Assembly (NCBI GenBank): GCA_021432655.1
Contig: MU271494.1
Coordinates: 1 to 53,067 of the forward strand
DNA length: 53,067 nt
Direction: 5' to 3'
DNA from: Atractiella rhizophila
Taxonomy: Eukaryota
A model generated the notes under the pieces. It saw nothing but the letters and a program-made list of their open reading frames with translations. It was not told the DNA's origin and made no database searches. Positions 1 to 12,798 of this stretch are shown here, in pieces (the first letter of the stretch is position 1; each line of letters begins with the position of its first letter). Made by a program: the position numbers and the translations under genes.

Positions 1-110
1 ACCCTCCTATTGCTACTCGGCATTGGGTCTGAATTTCGCTGTCCAATCTGCCTTGCTCCCAAAGGAGAGCTTCACAACCTCTCACGCCAGTTTTTAAACG
101 CAGTCAGAAA
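1..110 (+). pseudogene. Possible Plavaka-type transposase fragment (runs off the window start)
   Basis: Reads LLLGIGSEFRCPICLAPKGELHNLSRQF, resembling the G-x-S-x-x-P-CPxCLVP-x-x-L-x-DLS segment of fungal Plavaka transposases. It is very short and no other motif is visible. Confidence 0.4.
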
Positions 111-2079
111 CAGGTTCGACGTGACCTTTTTCGATATGAAGAGACACATGAAGTATGTGGTTTTACCTCCAAGTGGCAGGGTAGTTGCTGTGGCTGATCT
201 CATACCCTTACGTTTGAGCTTATGATGACTTGTGATATAAATGAGCATGCTTTTTTTCGTAGAACTGGGTAACTTTGGCTGTATCTCAGTCCGTGTCAGG
301 TGTCTTGCACTTTTCAGCAGATCAGCATTGTGGCTGATGAATACATATTCATGTATTGCATCTAGCTCCGATCAAATAACTTGTCCCTTTTTGCTCTATT
401 TTCCTCTTCCGCTCAATAGATATATTAACAGGTTGCCTTGTGGCTGGCCTTTTGCAGTTGGCAGGATATATGGATATATCAGCAGATCCGCCTTTGAACC
501 TCTCACCATATCAGGTCTTATGTATTTCATCCTACTAACCCTTCCACTCCAAATGCTGATTATCTAGCTTTTAGCACCTCTTGGACCGATACCTCTGGCG
601 GAATGCTCCTTTGCAGTCCAGCTATCCATCCAGCAATATACAGCGGTTAACCCTATCACGTTCCCCTCCGCGCCACTAAGCCATGTGACCGCTCCTGTGA
701 TCGATTGGAATTAGATGATCGGTTTAATTTCAAGCTGAGGAGTTCTGAGAATGGAGTGGGAGGAACGGTAATCAATACCACCATGAAATTGGCTTTCGGT
801 AGCAGGACGTGCAATATAAGGATTTTAGTAACGTAGCTAATTGCACCACGCAGGAATAAGGACAAGAAAACAAACAAAATATCGAAATCAGATGGAGCCA
901 GCTGCTGGGTGATCAGTGTCTGACAGATTAATGTCAGAGTTGTGATCCCAACATGATTTGCATCTGGCGCAAGTCTGATGAGTGCCGGATGATGCGCATT
1001 TGGTGGTCTGATCATCTCCTGATTTGGTTCTGATACTAAGACCCTTTAACGCTGACAAAGCTCTGATCATTTTCCGCCATTTCATCCATCATAATAATAT
1101 CATGACTGATCCGGACTGACCATAGCCTTACGGCCTGATGGAGAGGATGACCTGATCGGCGCTGGCCAGTCAGATTTTTTTCTGAAGATGCAATAAGAAA
1201 GGAAGGATGTCCATCGGAATGCGAAACTGGTGAGGAAGGTCCTGCGATTCCGCCTGCTAAATTTACAGGAGAGAAACGCAATATTAGCTCGTCCAGCTAA
1301 CTTCATCCACGCATGCATGCGAGTTTGATGGGAAGAGCCATGCATTTACCGTTAGCAAGCCTGGAGTCAATGGAGCTAAGGGAACAGGGGGAATAGGGGT
1401 GGTAGGGCGTAGAGAAACTTGGATGCTTTTCCGAGATTCCAAGCAGCATCCGTATCCTGCAATTGGTGGGAGTTTGTCGTTCATAAAGAGACTGCCACTG
1501 CCCATCCAATCCATTGACCAGAAATGACCGTTTGATTCAGGGGGACATTTATCAAAATCGGTTATGTTCATGACGACAACTGTTTGATCTGGAGTAAGCA
1601 AAAATAACCGCTTTGACACCCCAGTCGGCTGTTCTAGAGGACAACAAGACCGAGAATGAAGACCAGATTCATGGTCTGTGAGACCAGGACACCAGCCAAT
1701 TCTCAAAACAATTCATAACTTGTGAGTTGGCAGGGCGGTCGGGAAAATGACAACTCTAGCCACATCACAACAAACTTCTGCTCGCGTACTTCCGTGAACC
1801 GGCTTGATGTCTAAACCGAGCCGACTAGCCCATTCCCAATCCACCCTCCCTGGTCTCCACAACCTCGCTCCGATGAAGCGTTAAGGATAACGGAAAGACA
1901 ACGTTGTTTACCAGCTCAGGTCGCCTGTCAGGCAGAAGAACAGACGCATTTCTCGCCAAATCTCGAACCCAGGACACGATTATGGATGCCATCGACTTCT
2001 CGCATTCCTCTCGTTCCTCTCCTCCATCACCAAACTCCTCAGCCATCCCTCTCATGAATATTTCAGACCTTTGATTGGG

Positions 2080-3130
2080 AATGGGAGAACGATGATGCCC
2101 ACCCCGACCCACGCCAGTCCAGTTTGGATCGCGCTCGACAATTCCTTCGCAAGAGCTATCGATCAGAACGTTATGTTAGCAAGCTTGTCGAAGAGGATAG
2201 ACGGTGGACTGAACTTATGCCAGAGATGGTGGCGCACTTATTTATTGCTAGAAGGTTGGAGTGGAGGTTAGGCGGATGGCGAGGAAGCTTTCAAGGACCG
2301 GGTTGGGGATGTCTTTCTTTGTCGCTGTGAGCAGGGTGATAGGAGTGAGAAAGAAGTAGATTTGCTGGATGTTCTAGGTATGCTGCCTCTCTTTACGTTG
2401 AACACGAGGTGATGGGATTGTTGGGGGAAGAGGAATGCCGTGCGACAGTGTCTTTCTGCAGATATACTCCTGAGCCGGTCCGACTTCTCTGCATGGGATA
2501 TCTCTCCCCGCCTCTCCCCACTCACCTCGAACCGCCTTCTCTATCCGCTTCCTTCGTTTTCATCACTCTATGGGGGCGCCTTCAGGAATCTCAATCCAAA
2601 GCTGGATTGAGGGATGGCAGAAGTATCTTCATCTGCTACCTGGGAGGCCAAATGCTTTGAAAGGACGTGGACCGATCGAGTATGTCCGCCATCCCTCGCT
2701 AGTCTTTTACACTGTTCAGATGTTCCTGCTCCATGTTTGGGTTATGTGCTAAGTGTTCACTTTTGGGACCAGGCACGGTCGTTCCGGTTCCATTTGGGAA
2801 GACGGTCTCTGTGTTCCGGTGCATCCTCCTAGGTGTGCAACTGCTTGAAGAGACATTGAACCATCGCAACTCTGATCGGCTTGCCATGATCTGCCCCCCC
2901 TTGCTTCGGACCTATGGAGAACGAGCGAAAAGAAGACAAAGTGCCGGACAACATCTTCAGTATGGATGGCAACTTTGTTCAGCGGCATCAAGCAAATAGC
3001 ACGATCAATGCCATTCCCCTTCGTCATCCTCCATCGTTCATCCCTCAAGAGGCCATTGATGACGCAAGAGAAACGAACGAAACAGCTGCTAGCAGGTATA
3101 ACTCCGATGACAAGCTGAAGGTCGACCAGG
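2080..3130 (+). pseudogene. CxC1-KDZ (Kyakuja/Dileera/Zisupton) transposase, frameshifted and 3'-truncated
   Basis: Joining frames gives CRCEQGDRSEKEVDLLDVL (intron), then SFCRYTPEPVRLLCMGY-/-PASPHSPRTAFSIRFLRFHHS (CxC1 cluster), DRLAMICPP-/-CFGP, and PDNIFSMDGNFVQRHQ...HPPSFIPQEAID (first catalytic Asp motif of KDZ). The later catalytic motifs are absent. Confidence 0.8.
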
Positions 3131-3349
3131 AGGGAGGTGGTGGTATGCTTGAGCAGAAGGGTGTGGTGCATAATAATAAGACTGAGACAGAGCTGTATGG
3201 GGTTGGGACAGAGGTAAATGTAACTGATATGGGGATGGAGGATAGAAAGGTAAATGGGGGAAGATTGGTGGAGGCATTGCCCAAGGAAAGGGATAGTACG
3301 GTGAAAGAGAAGATGGAGTGATTGGAACGGGAGGGTTAGGTGATGACAT

Positions 3350-4900
3350 TTGTGGAGTAGCTGTTGCAGCTTTTTGAAGGGCATTGCGGGGTTCAAAGTG
3401 AGGACCTGCAGGAGGCATTGCAGTGTTACGCCACGGACTCCAGATTTCTACCACAGTCTTGCTTAGTACATGTAGACGTGGACTTTCTGACTGTGACAGA
3501 ACGTACGAGCGCATAAGCCCATGTATAACCTGCATAATTGGCATCTAAATCGAAATGATTTCCATCTGGATCAGTGTAGCAATGTACACGAGGATGTACA
3601 TTGCATGATCCTTTTGGCCAGGCTGTGAGAAGGTCTTCTAAGAACTACTTGGTCTCGTCCATGCACACTTTCACAGGCTGCATACCATTTTGAGCAGCCT
3701 GACAAGGTGGCAACAAAAGGAACCTACATTTGGGGCAGTGGAGTCATTAGTACCCCTGTCTTTGCCTTCTTCTTCTTCCTCTTCTTTGGAGTGAGTCTGA
3801 CTACTTCCTCCTCCTGTGACGACGTTTCTGATGACGAAATCTCCCGGCGGTGCTTCACATAGTTAGAGCGGGTGGCAAGCGGTGTATCCTGAATAGACTA
3901 AGCACTGTTAGGAGGACAATGTCAAGTGCAAAACGTACTTTACCTTCTGGATATCTAAATCTAGGTCATCTTTGGTCCCCGAAGGATTCTTCTTCTCCTT
4001 GTGATTTCTCAATATTTGATGGGGCTCACGAAGAAAGATGTTGATTCCCACTCTCCGTCCACCTCTTCCACTTTGTGCCTTCTCCTTCACCATCTGCAAC
4101 ATACAATTCCAAGCCTTATCATCCACAAGACGAATCTTCTTCGCCACAGTGGTCAAGGTAACAGTTGCTCCGGCATTCTGAAAACTCCATCTACAACCGT
4201 GAAGGTCAAGCTTCCAAGATTTTGGGGTTTTCTTTCCAGGTCGGAAGGTCTTAAGTACCTCGATCACCTTCTCTTTGAACTCGTAGATCATGTCATCAAC
4301 ATCAAATTCTAGAAGAGTGGTGTTCTCTGGCTTTGAGGCAGGCTCCGTGCATTCTGCTCTGACAGAGTATGAATGCTGCAGAGTGTCAAGATTGCCGTGA
4401 ATTCCAGTGCAGACTCAGACACCCTTCTCCAGACCTAAGCCACAATACTTTGCGGGAAAGGAGCAAGACTGACCTTCACTGTCTTTTGCCCCTGAACAAT
4501 CACTTCTTCTTCTTCCTCCTTCTCACTTTCTCCAGCCTTCACAACCACGTTACAGTCCTCTGGGTCCTCCGAGTGGGTGAATTCTTTGGAAGGGCAAAGA
4601 ATGCTCGTCAGATTGCATCCCATACTGGAAAAATCAGGTAGCTCATCAGAATCATCATCAACATGGGTAAGTGTTGTGTGGGAAGGGAAGCCAAGGTAGC
4701 AGTGGAGGAAGGATGGGCGATGGAGACACAGGAATCTGGGAACAGTGGGGGATCGGATGCATTGACGACGCTTTGGGCCCAGGAGGAGGCTGCTTTGAAC
4801 AGTCAATTACATTGCTTCCCAAAAGACGAACGAGAAGGACATACTCAATAACGCATTAACATTATGATCAAAATCTTCCTCTCCGCCGTGCATCCCAACT
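3350..4900 (-). pseudogene. Degenerate multi-exon hypothetical gene with C-terminal Cys/His cluster
   Basis: ORF 3908-4291 plus a minus-strand frame near 3510-3620 reading WPKGSCNVHPRVHCYTDPDGNHFDLDANYAGYTWAYAL, followed by TAMPPAGPHF. Acidic and basic low-complexity linkers lie between. Boundaries are approximate. Confidence 0.4.
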
Positions 4901-6227
4901 CCTTCTCTGCGTTACACCGCCGTCCAATCTGGTCCAAGTTGATCAACCCTTCTAGCTTCTGAGAAGACGCAGATTCTTGGATTCTTCAAGGCTGCTGCGC
5001 TGCGAAGTTTTCTGGCACAACCCCACGTCAGACCACAGTCTATTTCTGATGAGCACCAAATGAGCTAAATTTTTTTGGGGGCAGTCAAACGAGCTGGAAC
5101 AATACTTTAGACTCAGACTGTAAAGAGAAATCAGTAAGAAAACAGGTTGTAAAGAGTATGCAGCCTCAAAGAGTGAATAATATCCCTGCAAGTTCTGATC
5201 AGACACATAACCTCTAAAGGTTTCTTGCATATCTGAGTTAACGGTGATGTAAAGATACATTGGCAGGCTTTTCAATGGAGGTGTTTAAGTGAATAATACG
5301 ATAGATTCAGGGATAGAGTTATAACCACTGATTGAATAGGGAAAAAAAAAGTGTGCTAAGAGTGAATTGACAAAGTGTAGTCAGGAACGAGAGAATGGAG
5401 ACCTGGCAAGTATAGTGTTTTCCTTTGCTTTCCAATTGAATTGGGCAGCCACAGGAGAGTTAAGGGTCGTTTGACGTTAACTGAATTGCAAGAAAAAAGG
5501 GAAAGAGAAATGATATTAAGGCTGTTAGGAGATGGTGTGTTGGCTGCAGTCTGTTTCTCCCTTTCAAATTGCACACTATGCTTTCCACATTTTCATGATT
5601 ACCTCATGAAACCTTACAAGTTCTTCAGTCAGCATTGGAAGATCTTGCCCATCCTTGATTTCCTTGCTATTATGTCCTGAAATTATGAACCAGATTGCAT
5701 AGCTGAAATCTTGGATGGTGCCGCGTGATTCATCTTGCAGTATTAACCTCTGAAAAACACACTAAACAATAATTATGACTTGGTTGATCTCCAGATGGTT
5801 ACGATCTCCGACAGGCATTTGCAAAATTTATGGTTGTTGGTCGTAATCAACTTCACGTGCACCTTGTGCTCAACTATTGTAATGACGCATTTTATTTCGT
5901 CTAGAACATCTTTTGATGACAAACTTTCTCAGCTACTGCTTTATTCGATTATGGAGCTACAAGCTCGTTCCTCCCATGCCGCTCAGGTTCCAACACTGCC
6001 ATAGATAGGAATAACAATCCAGTCAAAATGTCATGTACGTATAAACACTCGCAGGCACAGGCAATGTCCTCTCTAAGACATCTTAAGACACTTATATATT
6101 GAAATCCTTGCTTCATTGGAGAGCTTTGGTTCATATTTGGCATATATATCCAATTAAACAAAGTACATTCAAAGTTGCAACATTAATATATAGCAGTTTA
6201 GAAATCTGTTCTCTGTACATTATTAAC

Positions 6228-6360
6228 GATAAGTGCAATTTTCGCAAAACTGCAACAGATCAATAGGTTATTGACATCAGGTGGAGAGGGGTCTGAGGGG
6301 TGCAATTTTGTTGAAAGTGGCCCATGTCGATAGGTTGTTGACACTACATATAGACGGGTC
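6228..6360 (-). repeat. Diverged inverted copy of the 67-bp hairpin repeat array
   Basis: The reverse complement contains cccctctccacctgatgtcaataacctattgatc and gtgtcaacaacctatcgacatgggccactttcaacaaaattgc, matching the units at 7007-7210. Confidence 0.75.
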
Positions 6361-6979
6361 TGAGAACCAAAGTTTCATGAAACTCAGCCAGGCAGCCGCT
6401 TAAGATTGGCTACAGACATGGATAGGTTTATGCTGCTGAAAGTAGTGCATGCATTGGATGTATACTTGAGCAAGCGAGCGGCTGCATTGTGTAGAATCAA
6501 TTTGGCGTATATATAACCTTGAATGTATGACAAATGATCAAGATGATGTAGCCGTTTAAAATGGTAATACCAATAAAATGAAAACATGTTAAGAATGATT
6601 TAACAAATGTGACCTATTAAAGAGTTTGTTTTGAATCATTATGGTCAAATATGACGATAAACAGATGGTCAATAATGGTTTTAGTGCCAAAGAACAAGAT
6701 TATTGCTGGAACATTTTCAAGAAGACAGACGCATGTTACGCTATTCTAAACCCTTTGTAATTTTTACATCTTCTAGAAATTGTAACATAAGTGTGAGCGA
6801 GATTGTAAAACATGCAATGATGAGGGTGGTTTGCAGGAACATTTTTTCAGGTGAAGCATATGGAGCTAGAGGACCTCTGTGGGGAGTGATATATCATTGA
6901 TACAGAAATTGCATGTATATATGAGCTTTGTGGCCACATCCTCATTAGCCACCTTTGGTGATAAGCTAGAGATTAGAAT

Positions 6980-7215
6980 GTTTGGAGCGAAATTGCACTT
7001 TCCACACCCCCTCTACACCTGTGTCGATAACCTATCGACTTGGGACGTTTTCAACAAAATTGCCCTGCACTGACCCCCTCTACACCAGTGTCGATAACCT
7101 ATCGACTGGTGATGGTTTGAGCGAAATTTCACTTTCCACACCCCCTCTATACCAGTGTTGATAACCTATCGACTGGGGACGTTTTCAACAAAATCGCCCT
7201 GCAGTGACCCGCTCT
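6980..7215 (+). repeat. Tandem array: 34-bp palindromic core every 67 bp, with alternating linkers (134-bp higher-order unit)
   Basis: ccccctctacacc(t/a)gtgtcgataacctatcgact occurs at 7007-7040, 7074-7107 and 7141-7174 (third copy with 2 substitutions). The core contains the hairpin GTCGATA-acc-TATCGAC. Confidence 0.95.
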
Positions 7216-8226
7216 GCTCGGAGATGTTTTGATTGTAACAACCCTTTCTTGGCCATTTAAACCCTTTTCTTCAATGTTTCTGATGCCTCTCTACATGCTC
7301 CATATGTTGTCAATGTGCAGTATTCTTCTCAACAACCCTAAATCCCATTCTAACACCAAGCTGTTACTTCCCTTTCTGATGTCTGGTGCAAAAGCCCATT
7401 CCTACATGCTTACCACACATCCAGCTCACCGCACCTCAGGCTGGCGACACATCCGGCTCACCATACATCTGGCTCCTAAGCTTTGCATCTGTTTGTTGTT
7501 GTCCTACATGCCCAAATCTGACGTAACAGGGCACGTTGTGTCGAATAGATTGATCGCTCTTAGAACCGATCATCCCCACATGACTTGCATTTCAACCTTG
7601 ATCCCCAAAAGTTATAACAGACCCCGTTGCCTGCACTTGTTCCCCAAACAGATTGTCACCCAAAGCGTTTTTCCAGAACACATCAAACACCCAAGTGTTA
7701 AACACCCCCCCATTAACATATCAAATCTAAAAAAACAATCGAAATGGATTTAGTTACAGCTGGGTTTCCTTCTCACTCTGTTTCATTCGGACCCGGATTG
7801 GCTTTCAGTCCCCAATTGGCTCACAAGATCAACTCCTGCCCCAAGGTAGATGTGGCGAGACCTATGATCAAGTTTGTGCCCATCCATGTGAACAATATAG
7901 ACCCATCCAGTGGATTAGTTAAAAGTAGAACTCCTAGCCTTATAATGCCTCAGTGATCATCATGCTGACTCAGATATAGGACAAGCTCAGTCTGGCCCAG
8001 CTAAGAAAAGCGTGCCCCATACAAAGCCCATCTCCAAGCTTGGGGCATTCAGAGCAGGTGGCCATGGGATCAGCACTGGCCCTGACAATGAAGGCTGGCG
8101 AACCATCATTGCACACCCACGTCTACAGGCAAAGCAGGTGAGGGAGGCAAAGCTAGCAAGACTTGCTCTGAACAAGCAGCCAAGGTTCAAGGCCCACCCT
8201 CTCCTGCATCAGCAGGACTAACAAAG

Positions 8227-9540
8227 TTGCAGAGACCAGTCGGTCTTCGTCATATCAGTCTGGGTATGCTGAAATCTGCAACGCGACAAGCTAGGCCCCC
8301 AGAATACGATCGTCTTCACTCACTCCCCTCAAAGAGCTCCTGTCACGATTTACCCACGATTTCGAAAGCAACTGGCACGGTGCCGTCCAATGCTCTAAGT
8401 TCAAAGGTAGTCACTGGAACGAGTGGGAGAAACAAACCGCAAAAGGGTGCAAAGAGAAATAGTACTTCTGTTGACCATGGAGGGAAGAGACATGGTGGGA
8501 CATCCACTAAGGTGGGACAAGGAAGGCACGAAGGAATGTCAAGGAAGAGGGGAAGTGGAGGGGCTGGGGGGGAATCGAGCGAGGAAGATCGGCACCCGAG
8601 ACAAAAACGTGGGATTACGGACGTTGATGTTTCAGAGAGACATCGTCAGAAAGTGAAGGAGAAGAAAACGCCAGCCGCAAAGAAGAGAAAGACTGAAGGG
8701 AAGAAGAGGGTAGGGAAGAAACTGGTCAATATGGACTGGTAAGAAGCGTTACGGTCAGCGATATTCATCCTCATTGGGCTTGCTGACCATGGTGCAGTGT
8801 CATGACACCAGAGACAAGCAAGGGAGGGACAATCAAGCTCCCATTCAACTTCATGTCTCCACATCTAGGGTAAGTAATACCATTTGGATGATAGAGCTAA
8901 GAGTGCTGCAGGAGGATCATGTTGGAAGATGGAAGCGTCCGTCTACACCAGTTCACAGACTTTCCCACCTTGGCCCCACTCTTCTTGTGGTATGAATTTG
9001 GATATGAGCCATCGGCAGAACAAGCGAAGACACACGTGTTATCCCAGGCAACAATCGATTCGCTTGCAAATGGAGCCGCCTTCATCGACAAGCACAAACA
9101 AAACACGGCGGGGCATCGATCGTCGAGGGTATCAACTTGAGGACCTACCTCCTGCCCTTCGCCAGGCCAAATTCGGCAAGGAAGTGGTCAAATCCATCTT
9201 CTAAAAAAAAGCAAACCAGTCCGTGTCGAAATGCTACGGTTGGCACATGAATTTGGAATGGTACCCTGGGCACACCTCCATCACTACACAGAAACCACCA
9301 AAGTGGATCAAGCAATATATGGGAACCCCGCTGGAAGCTTTGTGCACATCGATAGGCTTGACCCCACCATGGCAAAGGTCAGGGCTGAGTGAAAATCACA
9401 TTCAAGTGACTGAGAAAGATAACAGGCCAAAGTAGTACTGAATAATTGCCAACCGAAAACAGCTGATCAGGCATGGAGCACTTGTCAAGCCGGAAGGATC
9501 GCCATCACAAAGCTCTGGTTTGGTCATGAAGGTGAGTCCT
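8227..9540 (+). pseudogene. Decayed hypothetical gene with Lys/Arg/Gly-rich N-terminal region (possibly DUF6532-like)
   Basis: A 171-aa basic ORF ends at a GTAAG donor with a ctgac...cag acceptor near 8796. Downstream broken frames include FTDFPTLAPLFLWYEFGY and LEDLPPALRQAKFGKEVVKSIF. The family assignment is weak. Confidence 0.3.
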
Positions 9541-9729
9541 CACATCTTTGAGACAACAGGCTGACCCACTCGACAGGTACTGCGAGAAAGCAGCTCAGGC
9601 CGCGTTCGCAAGAAAAGTGTTCGAACCGCTGGCTCTCACGTTCCGTCGACAATACAACAGGGCTATGGAGAACTGGAGAGACATCACCATCGTCCTAGAT
9701 AGTATGCAGCCCCAGTGCTTTTAGGCAAA

Positions 9730-9895
9730 CTACTACTATTCCTTCGTGATGGAACTGTTCCGTCAGTCAAATTTGGCTGGGGAACGGAGTTAGGGTCAGG
9801 GCCAGGTGAGTCCCGTCAGCTTAGTTGCGAGGCTCTGACTGACGGAACTAACCTGATGGGACAGAACGCACCGTTGAGTCCCGTCAGCTCGGACG
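9730..9895. repeat. Cluster of short direct and inverted CCGTCAG repeats, probably subterminal repeats of a DNA transposon end
   Basis: gttccgtcagtca at 9757-9769 is inverted at 9836-9848. tgagtcccgtcagct occurs at 9807-9821 and 9875-9889. The cluster lies just downstream of the CACTA transposase at 10270-12798. Confidence 0.65.
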
Positions 9896-10269
9896 CAACG
9901 GCCAAAATGGTTCGCAAGGTGGGATCAGCCCCGAAGCTAACCCGCTCAAACATGCGAGGTTCATTGCGAGGGGGCCCAGTTCGCTAGCAGTCACGAAGTG
10001 CTTCATCAGTTCTTGGCATGAGTCATAAGACGCACTTTTGAGCCCTCACACCTCCCTCACCATGCACAATAGAATGAAATGTATTATACCATCATATCCC
10101 ATATGCTTGCCCCTTTCTGAACCTGCAACGAAATTTTATTCTGAAAGGGTTGAAAAATACGCTTTGTACTGGACTCGAACTCTTACAGGATTTGATCACT
10201 GTGGAGTTCAAGGGCCGGGGTTGGGGGGCCTGAGGGACGAAGGCTGCTGATACACTTGTGTAAAGAAAA

Positions 10270-12798
10270 GGCCCTACATGTCGTGTTTATTCACAAAGAT
10301 GTAGCAACTTGTGCAGTGAAGGATGGCAAAAATGAAGCCTTTTAATGTCGTTCTGATAGTAAGTGTCTTCTAATTCAAGGACAAATTCAATTATCAGCTT
10401 CTCAACCGAGTCAAGCAAATCTTGAGAGATGCTTCCTTGACGTAAAGCCGCATGCAGTAGATAATCTTCAGGTAATGTTGAAAGTAGGTAGATGAAAGAT
10501 GGCTTTAGAGGAGACCAGGACCTAAACCATAGAAGTAGATTTCCCACTCTTTCACTCGATAGCTAGAATACTTGATGTCAATGTTGCGACAGAATTTATC
10601 CCAGAAACTGGGCAAAAACATCAGTGTTCGCAACTTCAGCCACATAGATCGCAGAGGTGATTCCCAAGGGAGTCAATCTGTAGCAGGTATTTCCTGAGCC
10701 TCAGCATTGGTCTTCCCCAGGCCATCACTGCTTGTTTCTTAGTCTTCTTGTCAGTGGGCCGTATAATGCCTCTTTACAACCCAACCATCAACTTGGTGAT
10801 GTTGAAATTAGGGTTGTACATCGCGTCAATAACAAAGCAAAAAGGCAGGCCACCTCCCAGAGTTTTAATTTGCGAGAATAGACTTTCTCCAACAATACCA
10901 TATTCTCTTTGAAGCTGCTTCTGAAGAGTTGGTTGATCATTTGCTTTTGCTTGTAGAATGGCTGCAACATGGGCACGGTATTGATCCGGAGTCTCCCTGG
11001 GAAGGTTGTAAGGATCATAGTTTGGCCACATGAATAATGGCTCAAAATAATCGTTGGGGCGTGTGAGAGGAAAGTATTAGGTCGGAGCACCAGGTTGATA
11101 CGCACCAATCAATGTACATCCATTAATATGGCAGCCCATTCGCCCATTATGCCCAACTTCAGCGGCAACAGCAGTTTGGCAGAGAGTATCGAAAAGGACC
11201 AGTGTGATGAAGGGCCGAGATCGAAACCAGTGCTCACGGTCCCCATTAAATAAAGGAAATTGGTTGCGTGCAAAGATTTGATGCGACCGAAGATTAGGAG
11301 AATCAAAGAGTTTGATTCCATGGTGGATGTAGGCCAGGAATAATGGCCAGTGGGATAACAAATTGTTGCTCATAGTGGACGTCTGGTAGTAAACTATAGT
11401 CAATAAGAATGATGAAATAGAGTCTGAAGATTTCTAGGTGTTGTAGATTTGTGCACAGTTGAGGAAAAGTGCTAAGACACAATCTGTTGGAATCTTGAGG
11501 TCATGTACTGCCTGAAGATAATCATGGCCACAGTAAATGTCATTGAGTTCATTAACCATGCTTCCAGGAGGATAGGATTCGGTCAAGAGAGCAGTCTGTC
11601 CAGCTTGATGCTTTGATGGTTTGGCACCTGCTGAAGTTGACCAACCGCCTTGAAGTGGAACTTCGACAGGCACAACGTAGTACTTCCTATGTAAAACTTG
11701 AATGGAGCTGCCACTCTGGTTTGTTTTGGTGAAATATGGAGACTCGCCACATTTGGGACAATCAGTGTGATCCTTCCAGAGCCCAGTATATGTCATGTAG
11801 GATTGGGAGCGTATGTCAAAAGATTCCGGGTTAATGCCACTTCGTTCCGTAACCAGCTTCTGAACAGCTTCAAGTGTAAGTGTCTAAGTTTGGAATTGCT
11901 TGAGGCGCAGTTGTCATAGGTCCTTGTAGACTTCACCTGCTGCTCGACCATGATAACTCATGTAAAGCTCTACAGATATCATCTCCTTTTCTGTCAGATG
12001 GCAGTAATGATACTCCTCTTCCGGAGAAACAACTTATGTAAAACCCATTGATTCGTACAACTTGAATTGCTCTTGAATGAAGCAGTCATGTTCCCAGACA
12101 TCTCAGGCAAGCATCAAATCCAGTGTCCGGGAATTATCAAGAAGTTCACAGAGTTTGATCATGGAGCAAATACCCACGATCAGCTACTTCAAGCCCATCT
12201 TCACTCCCACATCCCCTCTTACTATTTCTTATATCATTCTCCCTTTCACTGTTCCTAGGATTCCTATCATAGCCACTTGGTCCTTCTTTTCCATCAGACT
12301 CCGAGCTGTGTTCATCCACTGAAGAATGAACCTCATCAGCCTCTTCGACATCTTTCTCTTCATCTTCCTCTTCGACATCTTTCTCTTCATCTTCCTCTTC
12401 GACATCTTTCTCTTCATCTTCCTCTTCTTGAGACCTCTTTGAACTCAGTCCAAGATCTCTCCCAACTGCTCCATCCTGAAAAATATCGGAATTCTGGCAC
12501 AGCTCAACAGATTCAGGTATCTCATTTTATCTCTCAGACTGTGCCGGCTATGAAAGGAATATCAGTACTGATCCACATCGATGGTTAGATAACAAACTAG
12601 TCTCAACTCATCCATCCCTCCTGTTCTATGATTATTCGATCCACTTGGCCAGTCCACACCATCTTCTCCAGCATGTTCCAAATCCTTTCGAACCCTCTCA
12701 TGTTTAAATGCTCTCAAGCACTTGATCTGTGTCCAGATTCCACCACAAAAAGTCTTGCAATCACAATAGTAGGTTTCTTCACTTCCGGTTATGCTCAT
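10270..12798 (-). pseudogene. CACTA/EnSpm (Transposase_21/tnp2-like) transposase pseudogene, copy 1
   Basis: N-terminal YYCDCKTFCGG...H and an acidic tract, then TYTGLWKDHTDCPKCGESPY, DIYCGHDYLQAV, VGHNGRMGCHINGC, CFVIDAMYNPNFNI and YYQNDIKRLHFCHPSLHKLLHL. Many stops and frameshifts. Confidence 0.85.
12340..12427. repeat. 27-bp tandem repeat x3, encoding EEDEEKDVE on the minus strand
   Basis: cctcttcgacatctttctcttcatctt is repeated three times perfectly inside the acidic N-terminal part of the CACTA transposase. Confidence 0.95.

Noticed and set aside
2749..3544. Long minus-strand ORFs (215 aa, 151 aa)
   Set aside because: They are largely antisense shadows of the purine-rich KDZ region, with no recognisable domain.
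7007..7174. CRISPR array
   Set aside because: The spacers are not unique (A-B-A-B alternation), there are no cas genes, and the context is eukaryotic with introns.
12229..12588. ORFs with KRKMSKRKM or LRHLSLHLP repeats
   Set aside because: These are alternative frames of the 27-bp repeat, whose likely real frame is the acidic tract of the CACTA transposase.
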